Shown: positions 27,842 to 37,820, counted from the stretch's first letter. The stretch: 44,856 bases of DNA from a bacterium (GCA_015485355.1 WFTQ01000051.1:1-44856); one strand, 5' to 3'. Notes: generated by a model from the letters alone, not told the origin. Translations and numbers: made by a program.

Positions 27842-28972
27842 ATGAAAGGCCGCATAGGAATCATGGTAGCGCTGGCGGTGCTGGGAATTTCCTGTCAGCA
27901 GAAGACCGAGATGCCGGATCAGGAGCCCATTCCGGTGAAAATTTATGTCGTTCGCCCGGATTCCCTCTCGCAATACCTGAGGTTGACCGGAGGGTTGGAG
28001 GCGGCCCGGGAGGCTTTGCTGTACAGCAAAGTGACAGGAAAGCTGGTGACGTTGAAGGTCGCCGTGGGGCAAACGGTGGCGGCGGGCCGATTGTTGGGCG
28101 TCCAGGAGAATGAGGTCTTATTTCAGCAAATGAAGCAGGCGGAATCGGCCGTGCGGATGGCCGAGGTTCAGTATCGCCTGGCGCAAAAAGAGTTTGAGCG
28201 CATGTCCCGTTTATACGAAGAACAGGCCATCGCTTCCCAGCAATTTGATCAAGCCCGCAGTCAATTGGAACAACTCGAAGCCCAGTTGAAGCAGGCTCGA
28301 GCGGCATGGAATCTGGCCAGACAACAGTATGACCATACCTTTTTTCGGGCCCCTTTTCCGGCCACCGTCGCGGCCGTTTATTTTGACGAAGGGGATATGG
28401 TGCCGGCGGGTCAGCCCGTGTTTCGGTTGGTGACTCCCGGGGCCATGATTGCTCCCCTGCATGTTCCGGAACGATATTTCCGGCACATTGATGTGGGCCA
28501 GCGGGTCCTGGCGCATTTTCCTGCGCTTCCAGGAAAATCCTTCAGGGGGCGCATTTTTCGCAAGGATGCCGCCGTGGATCCCTTGAGCCGCACTTTTGAG
28601 GTGCGCGTGACGCTGGAAAATCGGAGCGCGGCGTTGGCCTCCGGATTGTATGGAGAGTTTCTGATCGAGCTGCGCCGGGAAGTGGATACCATTGTGGTTC
28701 CCCGCAACGCCTTGCTGTCTCGCACGGAAGTGGTGATCAATCCCCAAACGGGCACTTCAGAATATCGTAAACGGTTTTACGTGTTCCTGGTAAAACAGGG
28801 AACGGCCTATTCCCGCCGGGTGGAACCGGGCATCGAATCCAGTGATCGGGTGCAAATCCGGCAGGGATTGGCACCCGGCGATTCGTTGATTGTGGTGGGC
28901 CAGAAACTGGTCAAGGAAGGATCCCCCGTGCGGGTGGTGCGGGAGGAAATGCAAGGAGACGAAACCGGATGA
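27842..28972 (+). CDS. RND efflux periplasmic adaptor (MFP/HlyD family) lipoprotein
   Basis: 376 aa. Lipoprotein signal (LGISC), coiled-coil hairpin and beta-barrel domains. The stop overlaps the RND start. Confidence 0.85.
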   Translation: MKGRIGIMVALAVLGISCQQKTEMPDQEPIPVKIYVVRPDSLSQYLRLTGGLEAAREALLYSKVTGKLVTLKVAVGQTVAAGRLLGVQENEVLFQQMKQAESAVRMAEVQYRLAQKEFERMSRLYEEQAIASQQFDQARSQLEQLEAQLKQARAAWNLARQQYDHTFFRAPFPATVAAVYFDEGDMVPAGQPVFRLVTPGAMIAPLHVPERYFRHIDVGQRVLAHFPALPGKSFRGRIFRKDAAVDPLSRTFEVRVTLENRSAALASGLYGEFLIELRREVDTIVVPRNALLSRTEVVINPQTGTSEYRKRFYVFLVKQGTAYSRRVEPGIESSDRVQIRQGLAPGDSLIVVGQKLVKEGSPVRVVREEMQGDETG

Positions 28973-31900
28973 GAATCTCTACCCTGCCCATCGACCGTAA
29001 GATAACCTTCTTGATGATCTATCTGATTGTCATCGGTTTTGGGCTGTTTTCGTTAACCCAGCTGAAGATCGATCTGCTTCCGGATATCAAGTTTCCCGTG
29101 GTCGGCGTCATCACCGAATATCAGGGAGTGGGGCCTGCGGATATCGAAAACCTGATAACGCGCCCCCTGGAGGAGACCGTTTCGGCGACCAAGAATGTGA
29201 AGAAGGTATATTCCCAATCGGCGCAGGGTTTTTCCATCATCATTTTGCAATTCGATTGGGGTACCGATATCGATCAGGCGGAAAATAACGTGCGCAAGCG
29301 GCTGGACTTGGTGCGGGGATTGTTACCGGACGAGGCCAAGGACCCCCTGGTTTTTGCCTTCGACCCTTCTTTGCAGCCAATCATGTTTCTGGGGGTGAGT
29401 TCGTCTTTATTGGGACCCGCGGAACTGCGGAAATTATCGGATGAACAAATCGAGCCCTTGCTGGAGCGGGTGGAGGGGGTGGCCGCCGCCAGTGCTCTTG
29501 GAGGGTTGCAGCGTCAGGTGAATGTGCGGGTCAATCCGATTCAATTGGCCGCATACAACCTTTCTGTCCAGGATGTGGTGCGGGCCATCCAATTGCAGAC
29601 GTCGCTGTTGCCCGCAGGCACCATCGAAACCCCTACCACCAACTTCAACCTGCGCATCGCCAGCGAATACCATAGCATTGCCGATATCGAGAATGTTGTG
29701 GTTCAATACCAGAACAACATCCCGATTTATGTGCGCGATGTGGCGGTTGTGGAGGATGGTTTTAAAGAACGCTTCGGCGATGTACGCACCAATTACAAAC
29801 CCGGGGTCATTCTACAAATCAATAAACAATCCGATGCCAATACCGTGTTGACCTGTCGCAATGTGAATCAGGCCCTGCCGCAAATCCAGCAGGTTTTACC
29901 CGAAGGAACCGAAATCGGTGTGATCTTCGACGCCTCGGAATTTATCCTGCGCTCAATTCAGAATCTGCGCAACACGGGGATTCAGGCGTTTTTTCTGTCT
30001 TTTCTGGTGCTGTTGTTTTTTTTACGGAATTTTCGAGGCAGTCTTATCATGGGTGTTTCCATTCCAGTTGCGGTGGTGGCCACTTTTGCCATTATGCTGG
30101 CGTTTCATTTGACGCTGAACATCATTTCCATGGCGGGATTGGCCCTGGCCATCGGGCTGCTGGTGGATAATTCCATTGTGGTGTTGGAAAACGTCTTTCG
30201 CCATCGGGAGAAGGGCGAATCCCTTTATCGGGCGGTGGACATCGGCACCACCGAAGTGGGAATGGCGATCATTGCATCGACTTTAACCACGGTATCGGTA
30301 TTCATCCCGGTGCTTTTTGTGCCCGATATCGCCGGAGAGCTGTTCAGCGACATGGTTGTTGTGATTTGTTTTAGTTTGATGGCTTCTTTGATCATTGCCT
30401 TAACCCTCATTCCTCTGTTATCGCATCAGCTGTTGCAGACGCCCGTGCTCCATGGGGCTCCGGCACGATTGCCCAAAATAAATCAGCGGATAGGAAAATG
30501 GATCGAGATACTCACCGCCAGGTATAGCCGTCTGTTGCACTGGTCGCTGCATCACCGCGGAAGAGTACTGTTGGGAGTGGCGGCGTTGTTTGTGCTGGCC
30601 CTGATCCTGGCCGGCACCCTGGGGGGAGAATTCCTGCCCCGCACGGATCAGAATCTGATCATTGTCCGCATAGAAAGAGAAATCGGCACCCCTTTAAAGC
30701 AGACCGAGCAAACGGTATTGCAGGTGGAACAGATCGTGCGAGAGGAAATTCCGGAAGCGGAAAACGTGTACGTGACCTTTGGTGCCACGGAGGGCATTGC
30801 CGCCCTGTTCACGGGTACCGGTAGCCATAATATGTTCTTGCGGATTCGTTTAACCCCCATGGAAAAACGCCGTCGAAGTCAGTTCGAAATAGAGGATCGT
30901 CTCCGCGATCGATTGAAGGAAATTCCAGGGATTACTTTTGAATTCATTCAACCCGGTACGTTTACGACGGAGCGGCAAATTGAGGTGAAAATCCTGGGTT
31001 TCGATTTGACCCGGGGACGCGCCGTTGCCCGGGAGATTAAACGAAAAATGGAACAGGTGCCGGGGTTGGTGGATATCACATTGAACATGAAGGAAGGCAG
31101 TCCCGAACTTCAGATTGTGCCCCGCCGGCAGCGGTTGAATGATTTAAAACTGTCTGTCTTTCAACTGGCGGACTATATTTCTACCGCCATACAAGGGAAG
31201 GTGGTGGCCCTGTATCGGGAAGCGGGAGAGGAATACAATGTATACGTGCAATTTGACGAGCCGTTCCGGAAACAAAAAGCCGTCCTGGAAAATCTACTGA
31301 TTCCCCTGTGGAACGGGAAGTATATTCCCTTATCTGAAGTAGCCCGGGTTCAAGAAGAAATTTCTCCCACCACCATTTATCGGGAAAACCAACAGCGCTT
31401 TGTTTCTGTAGGGTGCGATCTGTCCGGCATCGACCTGTCTACCGCCGTCAAGGAAATTCGACGAATCATTCGAGAAACACCGATCCCTTCGGATTTTCAG
31501 GTCATCATTGGGGGAACCGCCGAGGATCAACAGACTTCCTTTTTTTATTTGACCATTGCGTTTTTTGCTGCGATTCTGTTGGTATACATGGTAATGGCGT
31601 CCCAATTCGAATCTTTAATCGACCCGTTTATTATCTTTTTCACGATCCCGTTGGCCTTTATTGGAGCGGCCTTCATGTTATTTTTGACCCGTACCCCCAT
31701 CAGTGTTATGTCTCTGGTTGGATTGGTGATGCTGGTGGGCATTGTGGTGAATAATGGCATTGTGCTGGTCGATTATACCAATCAGTTGCGACGTCGGGGT
31801 TTGTCCCTATACGAAGCGGCGGAGGAGGCGGGCCGTGTGCGAATGCGCCCGGTTTTAATGACGGCCTTAACCACCATTCTGGGAATGGTTCCCCTGGCAC

Positions 31901-32073
31901 TGGAATTTGGGGCGGGTTCGGAAAACTGGTCTCCGATGGCACGATCGGTTATCGGCGGAATGGCCGTCAGTACCGCCTTTACCCTTATTGTGGTGCCCAT
32001 TTTTTATACGTTGTTTGAAGAATGGGCGGTAAAGGTCAAAGCTCGCCTGAGGATTCGCAGCCATCCTCGGTAA
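28969..32073 (+). CDS. RND efflux permease, AcrB/HAE1-type
   Basis: 1034 aa with 12 TM helices. The TM4 motif GLLVDNSIVVLEN is HAE1-like rather than CzcA-like. Confidence 0.92.
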   Translation: MRISTLPIDRKITFLMIYLIVIGFGLFSLTQLKIDLLPDIKFPVVGVITEYQGVGPADIENLITRPLEETVSATKNVKKVYSQSAQGFSIIILQFDWGTDIDQAENNVRKRLDLVRGLLPDEAKDPLVFAFDPSLQPIMFLGVSSSLLGPAELRKLSDEQIEPLLERVEGVAAASALGGLQRQVNVRVNPIQLAAYNLSVQDVVRAIQLQTSLLPAGTIETPTTNFNLRIASEYHSIADIENVVVQYQNNIPIYVRDVAVVEDGFKERFGDVRTNYKPGVILQINKQSDANTVLTCRNVNQALPQIQQVLPEGTEIGVIFDASEFILRSIQNLRNTGIQAFFLSFLVLLFFLRNFRGSLIMGVSIPVAVVATFAIMLAFHLTLNIISMAGLALAIGLLVDNSIVVLENVFRHREKGESLYRAVDIGTTEVGMAIIASTLTTVSVFIPVLFVPDIAGELFSDMVVVICFSLMASLIIALTLIPLLSHQLLQTPVLHGAPARLPKINQRIGKWIEILTARYSRLLHWSLHHRGRVLLGVAALFVLALILAGTLGGEFLPRTDQNLIIVRIEREIGTPLKQTEQTVLQVEQIVREEIPEAENVYVTFGATEGIAALFTGTGSHNMFLRIRLTPMEKRRRSQFEIEDRLRDRLKEIPGITFEFIQPGTFTTERQIEVKILGFDLTRGRAVAREIKRKMEQVPGLVDITLNMKEGSPELQIVPRRQRLNDLKLSVFQLADYISTAIQGKVVALYREAGEEYNVYVQFDEPFRKQKAVLENLLIPLWNGKYIPLSEVARVQEEISPTTIYRENQQRFVSVGCDLSGIDLSTAVKEIRRIIRETPIPSDFQVIIGGTAEDQQTSFFYLTIAFFAAILLVYMVMASQFESLIDPFIIFFTIPLAFIGAAFMLFLTRTPISVMSLVGLVMLVGIVVNNGIVLVDYTNQLRRRGLSLYEAAEEAGRVRMRPVLMTALTTILGMVPLALEFGAGSENWSPMARSVIGGMAVSTAFTLIVVPIFYTLFEEWAVKVKARLRIRSHPR

Positions 32074-32661
32074 CACTTGCCGGCTTCCGGATAGGGAAGC
32101 CGCAAGAAGGTCCCGCCCCGCCGAACCGAACGAACCTGTTCAACCGCGATACCGTGCATTGGTCTGATCCCGGTGGAGAAAGGTGTTCGGCGCTGTGTTT
32201 TTTCCCCATGCATTCGGGAAGCCCTCGGCACGGCATTCCGTAACGCTGTGCCTATGCAGGAATCGACCGAACCGGCGGCATCCCCGCACGAGTTTCCATC
32301 ACTCCCTCTAAAGCCATGCCGCCGGTAAAAACCGATCTCGGCAGGCGGAATCTCATGACTCTGCCAGGCGGCCGATCATCAAGAGGCTCCCATGCGGTTT
32401 TTCGGAATGTTCGCCGGCAACCACCTATCCCTGTAGGATACCTTTTTGTCCCAACCGCCGGGTAGCCTGATCCCAAAGCAGTGATACAAAATATTTCCTA
32501 TTATAAATTATTCATTCCTGCCGAATATAAGAAATTTCAAGATATGTCCTGCAATCGTTTCTGTTTGACATGTGTTGGAATCTATGATCATAGCCATTGG
32601 TTCCTAAGAAAATTTAAGGTTTTGGGAATAGTCGAAAGACCTTTCATCAAAAACGCAGGAG

Positions 32662-34395
32662 GTGTTTATGCAGACCCGTTATCGCTTTTTTTATGTATGG
32701 ATGGGAGTATTGATTTTTATTTTCCCGGGGTTTGGAGAAGATGTCCAGGAAACCGGCGCATTGCCACAGCTTTTCCCGAACGATGGGGCGGAAACGGCAC
32801 TGTCCCAGATGCCATCCGTAGACCCGGTTAAATTGCAGCAGGAGAAGCTGATGGAAATACTCCGGGAACGGGGTTATGATAAACACACGGTCCAGGTATT
32901 GGGGCAGTTGGTGGTATCCGGTCAACAGGAACATCAAATCCAGGCGGTGACCAAGTATCGGTTGGATAGTACTTATTATACCAAGTATGGGGATCGTTAT
33001 CGGGAATACTACATATATGATAAGAACGACAATTTTATCAAGTTTGAAAAGCACGTATGGAATAAAGATTCCAGTCGATGGGAATATTTAAGACGAATTC
33101 GATTGGATTACGATGCCGATGGATACCTCGTGGAATCAACGACGGAAAATTGGTCCCAGGAATCAAGTCAATGGGAGCCGGAGACCCGTTCTTTGTACAC
33201 CTATAATGAAGATGGTCGGTTGACAAACTATTTGTTCCAGAGATGGTTCAGTGATTCCAGCAAGTGGCAAAATGATTTGCAGATAGTTTACCAATATAAT
33301 GCCATGGGAAAATATAGCCAGATTTTGTATCAATTCTGGGATTCCAATATAAATGAGTGGGTGAATTCCGCGCGATATTTATATCAATACGATGAAAACG
33401 GTCGGACTCAGGTGTTTGAAGAACAAATATGGGACGGCGCTTCCCAACAGTGGGTCGGGAGTTTTCGCATTCATTACCAATGGGATGACAAGGGGCGACT
33501 GATTGAGATCATCAGACAGAGGTGGGATTCCGATCTTGGCACCTATGTGAACTGGGATCGCACCGAAAGGATATACGAGAATGGTTTCTTGAGATGGTAT
33601 ATCAGCTATGTCTGGGATGATCAAAACAGTGTGTGGGTTCCCCTGCTTAGGATAGAATACACCGTCAATACCGATGGGAAATTAGAAAGTCACGTCTTTT
33701 ACCGGTGGAATAGTGATTCATCAAGGTGGGATCAAAGAACCCGTACCTTGTATTATTACAATGCCCAGGGGCGAATGGACAGTTTGAAATACCAGGTATG
33801 GAACGATTCCACCGGGCAATGGCTAAATGATAGAAAAGATATTTTTACTTGGGATGCCAATGGCAATTTAAGTCAAGTCGACCGGATGCTCTGGGATCAG
33901 GATCAGGGTAGCTGGGTGCCCGACAAGCGCCGAACATTTCAGTACAATATCGACGATATTCTGGAATATTTCAAAGAAGAAGCCTGGGATTCCAACAACA
34001 ATGCCTGGGTGGAAAGTGATGGTTTTGTGTTTTTCGTGGATTCGTTTAGGTATTATAGTTATATTGTTTCCGAGTTATTTGCCTACTATTCGACCATTAC
34101 CGGAATAGAGGATGAAGTGACCACGGTTACCGGACGGTTTCACCTTTATCAAAATTATCCCAACCCGTTTAATCCGGTGACCACCATACGCTTTCGCCTG
34201 CCGGAATTCGGTCGGGTGCAGTTAGAGGTGTACAATGCTCTGGGACAGCGCATCCGAACCCTGGTAAACCAAACGCTGAATGCCGGAGAATACCGTTTTC
34301 GGTTTGATGGGACGGATCTGCCCAGCGGCGTTTATTATATTCGTTTGAAGTCCGAACGATTCCAACAGACCCGAAAGATGTTGCTGATAAAATGA
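32662..34395 (+). CDS. Secreted repeat protein with T9SS C-terminal sorting domain (W-x-D/YD-like repeats)
   Basis: 577 aa with a signal peptide. It carries about 12 tandem 26-30-aa repeats (W..D...W..xxR..YxYDxxGRL). The C-terminus is a type-A Por/T9SS domain (NYPNPFNP...VYYIRL). Confidence 0.75.
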   Translation: MFMQTRYRFFYVWMGVLIFIFPGFGEDVQETGALPQLFPNDGAETALSQMPSVDPVKLQQEKLMEILRERGYDKHTVQVLGQLVVSGQQEHQIQAVTKYRLDSTYYTKYGDRYREYYIYDKNDNFIKFEKHVWNKDSSRWEYLRRIRLDYDADGYLVESTTENWSQESSQWEPETRSLYTYNEDGRLTNYLFQRWFSDSSKWQNDLQIVYQYNAMGKYSQILYQFWDSNINEWVNSARYLYQYDENGRTQVFEEQIWDGASQQWVGSFRIHYQWDDKGRLIEIIRQRWDSDLGTYVNWDRTERIYENGFLRWYISYVWDDQNSVWVPLLRIEYTVNTDGKLESHVFYRWNSDSSRWDQRTRTLYYYNAQGRMDSLKYQVWNDSTGQWLNDRKDIFTWDANGNLSQVDRMLWDQDQGSWVPDKRRTFQYNIDDILEYFKEEAWDSNNNAWVESDGFVFFVDSFRYYSYIVSELFAYYSTITGIEDEVTTVTGRFHLYQNYPNPFNPVTTIRFRLPEFGRVQLEVYNALGQRIRTLVNQTLNAGEYRFRFDGTDLPSGVYYIRLKSERFQQTRKMLLIK

Positions 34396-34539
34396 TGCGG
34401 GGTGTCCTTTGCCGTAAGGGCGCCTGGAGCGACCAGAAAGATGGAAAGCGTTGCTTTTTGGCGAGAAGAACATAACCCACGGCGATGCTACCAGGGAAGA
34501 TGATTCCCTGGTAGCATGATCAACAGAGGGGGGCGGAAT

Positions 34540-35070
34540 TCAAGTGAAAATGATGGTGCCTCCCGCAGCCAGTGTGTAAAACTGGCCAACGGTAAGAACG
34601 TCTGAGACGTCGTCGATTAAATCTTCCCGGGTGAAGTGAAACATATCCATGGCGGCTTTACAGGCATACAGGGTTGCTCCCGCCGCGGCGATCATTTCCA
34701 GAAATTCGTCCACCGGGGGGATATCCAGTTTGTCCATTTCCTTTAGCATCATTTTGGTTACCATGGCAGACATCCCCGGAATCATCCCGATCACCGGGGG
34801 AATACCTAATGCCGGATTCCCGACGGTATCCACCCGAATCTTTTTCATCTTCTTTTTGTGAACGGCGTGAAGACCGAAGAAAGTAAAGAAAATATTGGCT
34901 TCTATGCCTTCCATACGTGCCCCGTTGGCCATGATCAGGCCGGGATAAATGCCTTCCAGAGTACCCCGTGAAATGATTATCGAAACCTTTTTTAATGGTT
35001 CTGTTGCTTGTGCCATGCCGTCCTCCTGATTTACGTTGTGGCGATGTCCCGGCGGTCGGTTTATACGCAA
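34540..35070 (-). CDS. DsrE/DsrF-like (COG2210, YrkE-like) sulfur-relay family protein
   Basis: 176 aa (probable start at internal MAQATEP...). The KKVSIIIS...FFTFFG motifs are DsrE-fold-like. The operon context is sulfur-related. Confidence 0.5.
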   Translation of the reverse strand: MRINRPPGHRHNVNQEDGMAQATEPLKKVSIIISRGTLEGIYPGLIMANGARMEGIEANIFFTFFGLHAVHKKKMKKIRVDTVGNPALGIPPVIGMIPGMSAMVTKMMLKEMDKLDIPPVDEFLEMIAAAGATLYACKAAMDMFHFTREDLIDDVSDVLTVGQFYTLAAGGTIIFT

Positions 35071-35375
35071 CCCTGGGGTTTGCCCAGCCCGGCGATTTTG
35101 GCCGCTCGTTTTGCCGGCCCATCGGGAAAAAGTTGGTATAATTGCTGAACGGGAATGCCGCCGGCGTTTTTCATCCGACGAATGGTTGGGATTTGTCCGC
35201 GCTCTTTAAAATCCTGCCGCATGAAGCGAATGACCTTCCAGTGGGCATCGGTTAACTGAATGCCTTCCTCCCGAGCCAGTTCCTCGGCGATGGATTCATT
35301 CCAATCGTCGGGATTGAGCAAAAAACCTTCGGCATCTACCTCTACGGTTTTTCCGGCGAGGGTCTTGGTGGGCAT
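35061..35375 (-). CDS. DsrC/TusE-family sulfur-relay protein
   Basis: About 104 aa from MPTKTLAGKTVEVDAEGFL..., preceded by an AGGAGGA RBS. The C-terminus ...GLGKPQGCV carries the conserved penultimate Cys of DsrC/TusE. The track ORF extends to 35426. Confidence 0.75.
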   Translation of the reverse strand: MPTKTLAGKTVEVDAEGFLLNPDDWNESIAEELAREEGIQLTDAHWKVIRFMRQDFKERGQIPTIRRMKNAGGIPVQQLYQLFPDGPAKRAAKIAGLGKPQGCV

Positions 35376-35377
35376 GG

Positions 35378-36094
35378 TTAATCCTCCTGTTTGGTTTCTT
35401 GCGTCGGTTGCAGTGGTTTGAGCCATTCTCCATTCTTAGAAGCCATGTTCTTCAGGAATTGGATCATAAAGGCGAGGCCGCGTCGCATTTCCGGGTCGCG
35501 GAGCGCTTGAAAAATTTTCCAGTAGGAAACGTGCTCCTCAATTTCGATGTCCATTTCCTTGAAAAAGCTCAGGGCATTGTTCAGTGTGGCCAGCATTTCC
35601 GGCTGTGTGAAGTTCTTCACGGTTAACAGGATGTGGGCTATGTTTTCCCGCAGTAAACGCACGTCTTCTACCGTAAAAGAGGTGACGATGGTGTCGATGA
35701 TCTTCAAGGCCTCGGTAAAGAATTCGAAATAGCCTTTGTGGTCGAGCGCGTCGAGTTGTTCCATCAACTCCAGTGCCATATCTTTGGTTAAGGGGCCGGC
35801 GTCTTCGAAAAAATGCATCAGACTTTCCAGCTGATCCATCAGGCGACTGAGATGGCGCACATTACGCAAAAGTTTCTTCAGTAAAAAGAGGACATCGCCT
35901 GTTTCGATGTGCTGGGCTACACCGTTCAATTCCTCCACCGCCGCCTGAAACACGTCCCGCGCGATCCGATTGAGATCGGAGGTCAATTCTTCCCGTTCTT
36001 GCCGCCGGCGCCGCTGCGCCGCCATCTCTTCCACAATGATATGCAACTGTTTTTCTATGCGATCAAGCCGGTGTTGAAGGGTATGGGTTTCCAT
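35378..36094 (-). CDS. DUF1641-domain protein
   Basis: About 238 aa from METHTLQHRL.... The stop of the upstream oxidoreductase is 2 nt before its ATG. DUF1641 proteins characteristically accompany SQR/NDH-2-like flavoproteins. The track ORF is extended N-terminally to 36397 by a junk-like segment. Confidence 0.65.
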   Translation of the reverse strand: METHTLQHRLDRIEKQLHIIVEEMAAQRRRRQEREELTSDLNRIARDVFQAAVEELNGVAQHIETGDVLFLLKKLLRNVRHLSRLMDQLESLMHFFEDAGPLTKDMALELMEQLDALDHKGYFEFFTEALKIIDTIVTSFTVEDVRLLRENIAHILLTVKNFTQPEMLATLNNALSFFKEMDIEIEEHVSYWKIFQALRDPEMRRGLAFMIQFLKNMASKNGEWLKPLQPTQETKQED

Positions 36095-36096
36095 GA

Positions 36097-37326
36097 TCAG
36101 CGCCTCTTTCCTGCCATGTTCATCTGGGCTTCGATGGGTAACTCCCTCCCTTTTAAGAGCAGGTTCCAGTATATCCAGCGAAACATCATTTTGCCCCAAT
36201 GGTTCATCCGGGTTTCTTCCAGAAGGGAGTAGGGGCCGACGCCGGGCAAGGGAAATTTCCCGGGAAGGGGCTCCACCGTGTAGTTGAAGTCGATTAACAA
36301 ACCTTTGCCAAAGCCGGATTCGATGAAGCAATTGGCATGCCCGTCGAAATCGGGAAGCAAGGGACGTCCCTCGATGAAGCGCAAAATGTTTTCCCAAAGG
36401 ATTTCGGATTCAAAATGCGCCACCGAACCGGCTTTGGAGGTGGGGACGTCTGTGGCATCACCGATAACGAAAATGTTTTCCCATTGCTTGGACTGTAACG
36501 TGTAGGGGTCGGTGGGGATAAAGTGCAGGTCGTCCCCCATGCCGGAGCGACCGATCACCTCCGCCCCCATGACGGTGGGAACAATCACCAGAAGATCGTA
36601 GTCCACTTCCCGGCCGTCCCAGGAGATCAGCTTGTTTCGGGTGCTGTCCACACGCCCGGTATTGAACTCCGCCACCAGACGGATGTTTTTCTTCTCCAAA
36701 AAATGACCCAGATATTTGGAAGCGATGGGTTTGGTAAAGGCGCCCGGCAGAGGGGTCACGTATTCGATCTCGACTCGGTCCCGTATCCCCTGTTCCGTGA
36801 ACCACCAATCGGCCAGAAACACAAATTCCAGGGGCGCTACCGGACATTTGATGGGCATTTCGACAATATTCATTACCAGTTTGCCCCCTTCCCAGTACTT
36901 CAAATGCTGGGCCAGTGCCAAAGCGCCATCCACCGTGTAAAAATCGAAAATGTTCTCTCTCCAACCGCCGTCCAATAATCCTTCGGTCTCTTCGGGATGG
37001 ATGTGACTTCCCGTGGCGACAATCAGAATGTCGTAATTCACCACCTTCCCATTTTCCAGTTTGACCCGGTTCCGCTCCGGCTCGATCCGCTCGATGGCGG
37101 AGATCATCACCTCGATTCCCGGCGGAAAAAAATCGCGCTTCGGCTTAATGACATCGTGTTTGGTGTAGATGCCGAAGGGAATGAATAAGAATCCTGGCTG
37201 GTAATAGTGAATTTCATCCTGGTCCACCAGGGTAATGTGCCATTCCCGCGGGTCCAGGACCGGTGCCAGTTTGTTCACCATGATGGTGCCTGCGGTTCCT
37301 GCACCAAGGATCACCAGCTTTTTCAT
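36097..37326 (-). CDS. FAD-dependent pyridine nucleotide-disulfide oxidoreductase, sulfide:quinone oxidoreductase (SQR)-like
   Basis: About 409 aa from MKKLVILGAGTAGT (Rossmann GxGxxG), preceded by a GAGGG RBS. There is a second FAD/NAD fold (VIGDATDVPTSKAG). The track ORF is N-terminally over-extended to 37647. Confidence 0.8.
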   Translation of the reverse strand: MKKLVILGAGTAGTIMVNKLAPVLDPREWHITLVDQDEIHYYQPGFLFIPFGIYTKHDVIKPKRDFFPPGIEVMISAIERIEPERNRVKLENGKVVNYDILIVATGSHIHPEETEGLLDGGWRENIFDFYTVDGALALAQHLKYWEGGKLVMNIVEMPIKCPVAPLEFVFLADWWFTEQGIRDRVEIEYVTPLPGAFTKPIASKYLGHFLEKKNIRLVAEFNTGRVDSTRNKLISWDGREVDYDLLVIVPTVMGAEVIGRSGMGDDLHFIPTDPYTLQSKQWENIFVIGDATDVPTSKAGSVAHFESEILWENILRFIEGRPLLPDFDGHANCFIESGFGKGLLIDFNYTVEPLPGKFPLPGVGPYSLLEETRMNHWGKMMFRWIYWNLLLKGRELPIEAQMNMAGKRR

Positions 37327-37334
37327 CGTCACCC

Positions 37335-37820
37335 TCATCGTTTTAGGTTTTCTCCGTTGGGAACATTTTCCCGATACGTTGACTGCCACCGCTGAAAAAT
37401 GATTGGCTTCAGGGTGTGACAATGAATGGGCAGACGGTATACCAGGCAATCCCGACAATTCTGTTGTCGGCATTTGGCCCCCACATCGGGCACACTCCAG
37501 CAAGGCCCCGTGACCTGGTGGTAAACCGGACAACGGCGGCAGTCCGCATCCAAACCACCCCGGTATTCCCAGCAGGGAATCAGGGCGTAAAGCTTGCGGA
37601 TTCCTTGTAAGTTCAATCCGTACACGGTTAGCATTTCTCGAATACACAGGAGACGTTCCAGGTCATGCAGCGAGTACCTGCGCTGTCCCCCAGGCGTTTT
37701 ATAGGGTAGTACCAAACCCTCCTGTTCGTACAAGCGCAAGGTTTGAACCGCTACCCGGAGCTTCTGGGCCACCGTTCCAATCGTGAAGACCGGTTCATAT
37801 TTGCCGATTTCCGGGGGCAT
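37335..37820 (-). CDS. MerR-family transcriptional regulator with a C-terminal eight-cysteine domain
   Basis: 161 aa. The MerR HTH is FTIGTVAQKLRVAVQTLRLYEQEGLV...RRYSLHDLERLL. The C-terminus carries CW, C-x2-C, CW, C-x4-C-x2-C and CH motifs. The stop abuts the SQR-like gene RBS. Confidence 0.75.
   Translation of the reverse strand: MPPEIGKYEPVFTIGTVAQKLRVAVQTLRLYEQEGLVLPYKTPGGQRRYSLHDLERLLCIREMLTVYGLNLQGIRKLYALIPCWEYRGGLDADCRRCPVYHQVTGPCWSVPDVGAKCRQQNCRDCLVYRLPIHCHTLKPIIFQRWQSTYRENVPNGENLKR

Noticed and set aside
32558-32590. TTGACA...TATGAT sigma70-like promoter upstream of the T9SS repeat gene
   Set aside because: The spacer is only about 12 nt, and the FCB lineage uses a different consensus (TTTG / TAnnTTTG). 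It is not supportable as a promoter call.
36398-37647. N-terminal over-extensions of the DUF1641 and SQR-like ORFs in the six-frame track
   Set aside because: Internal methionines coincide exactly with upstream gene stops, a Rossmann GxGxxG N-terminus and RBS motifs. The extensions overlap neighbouring genes out of frame.
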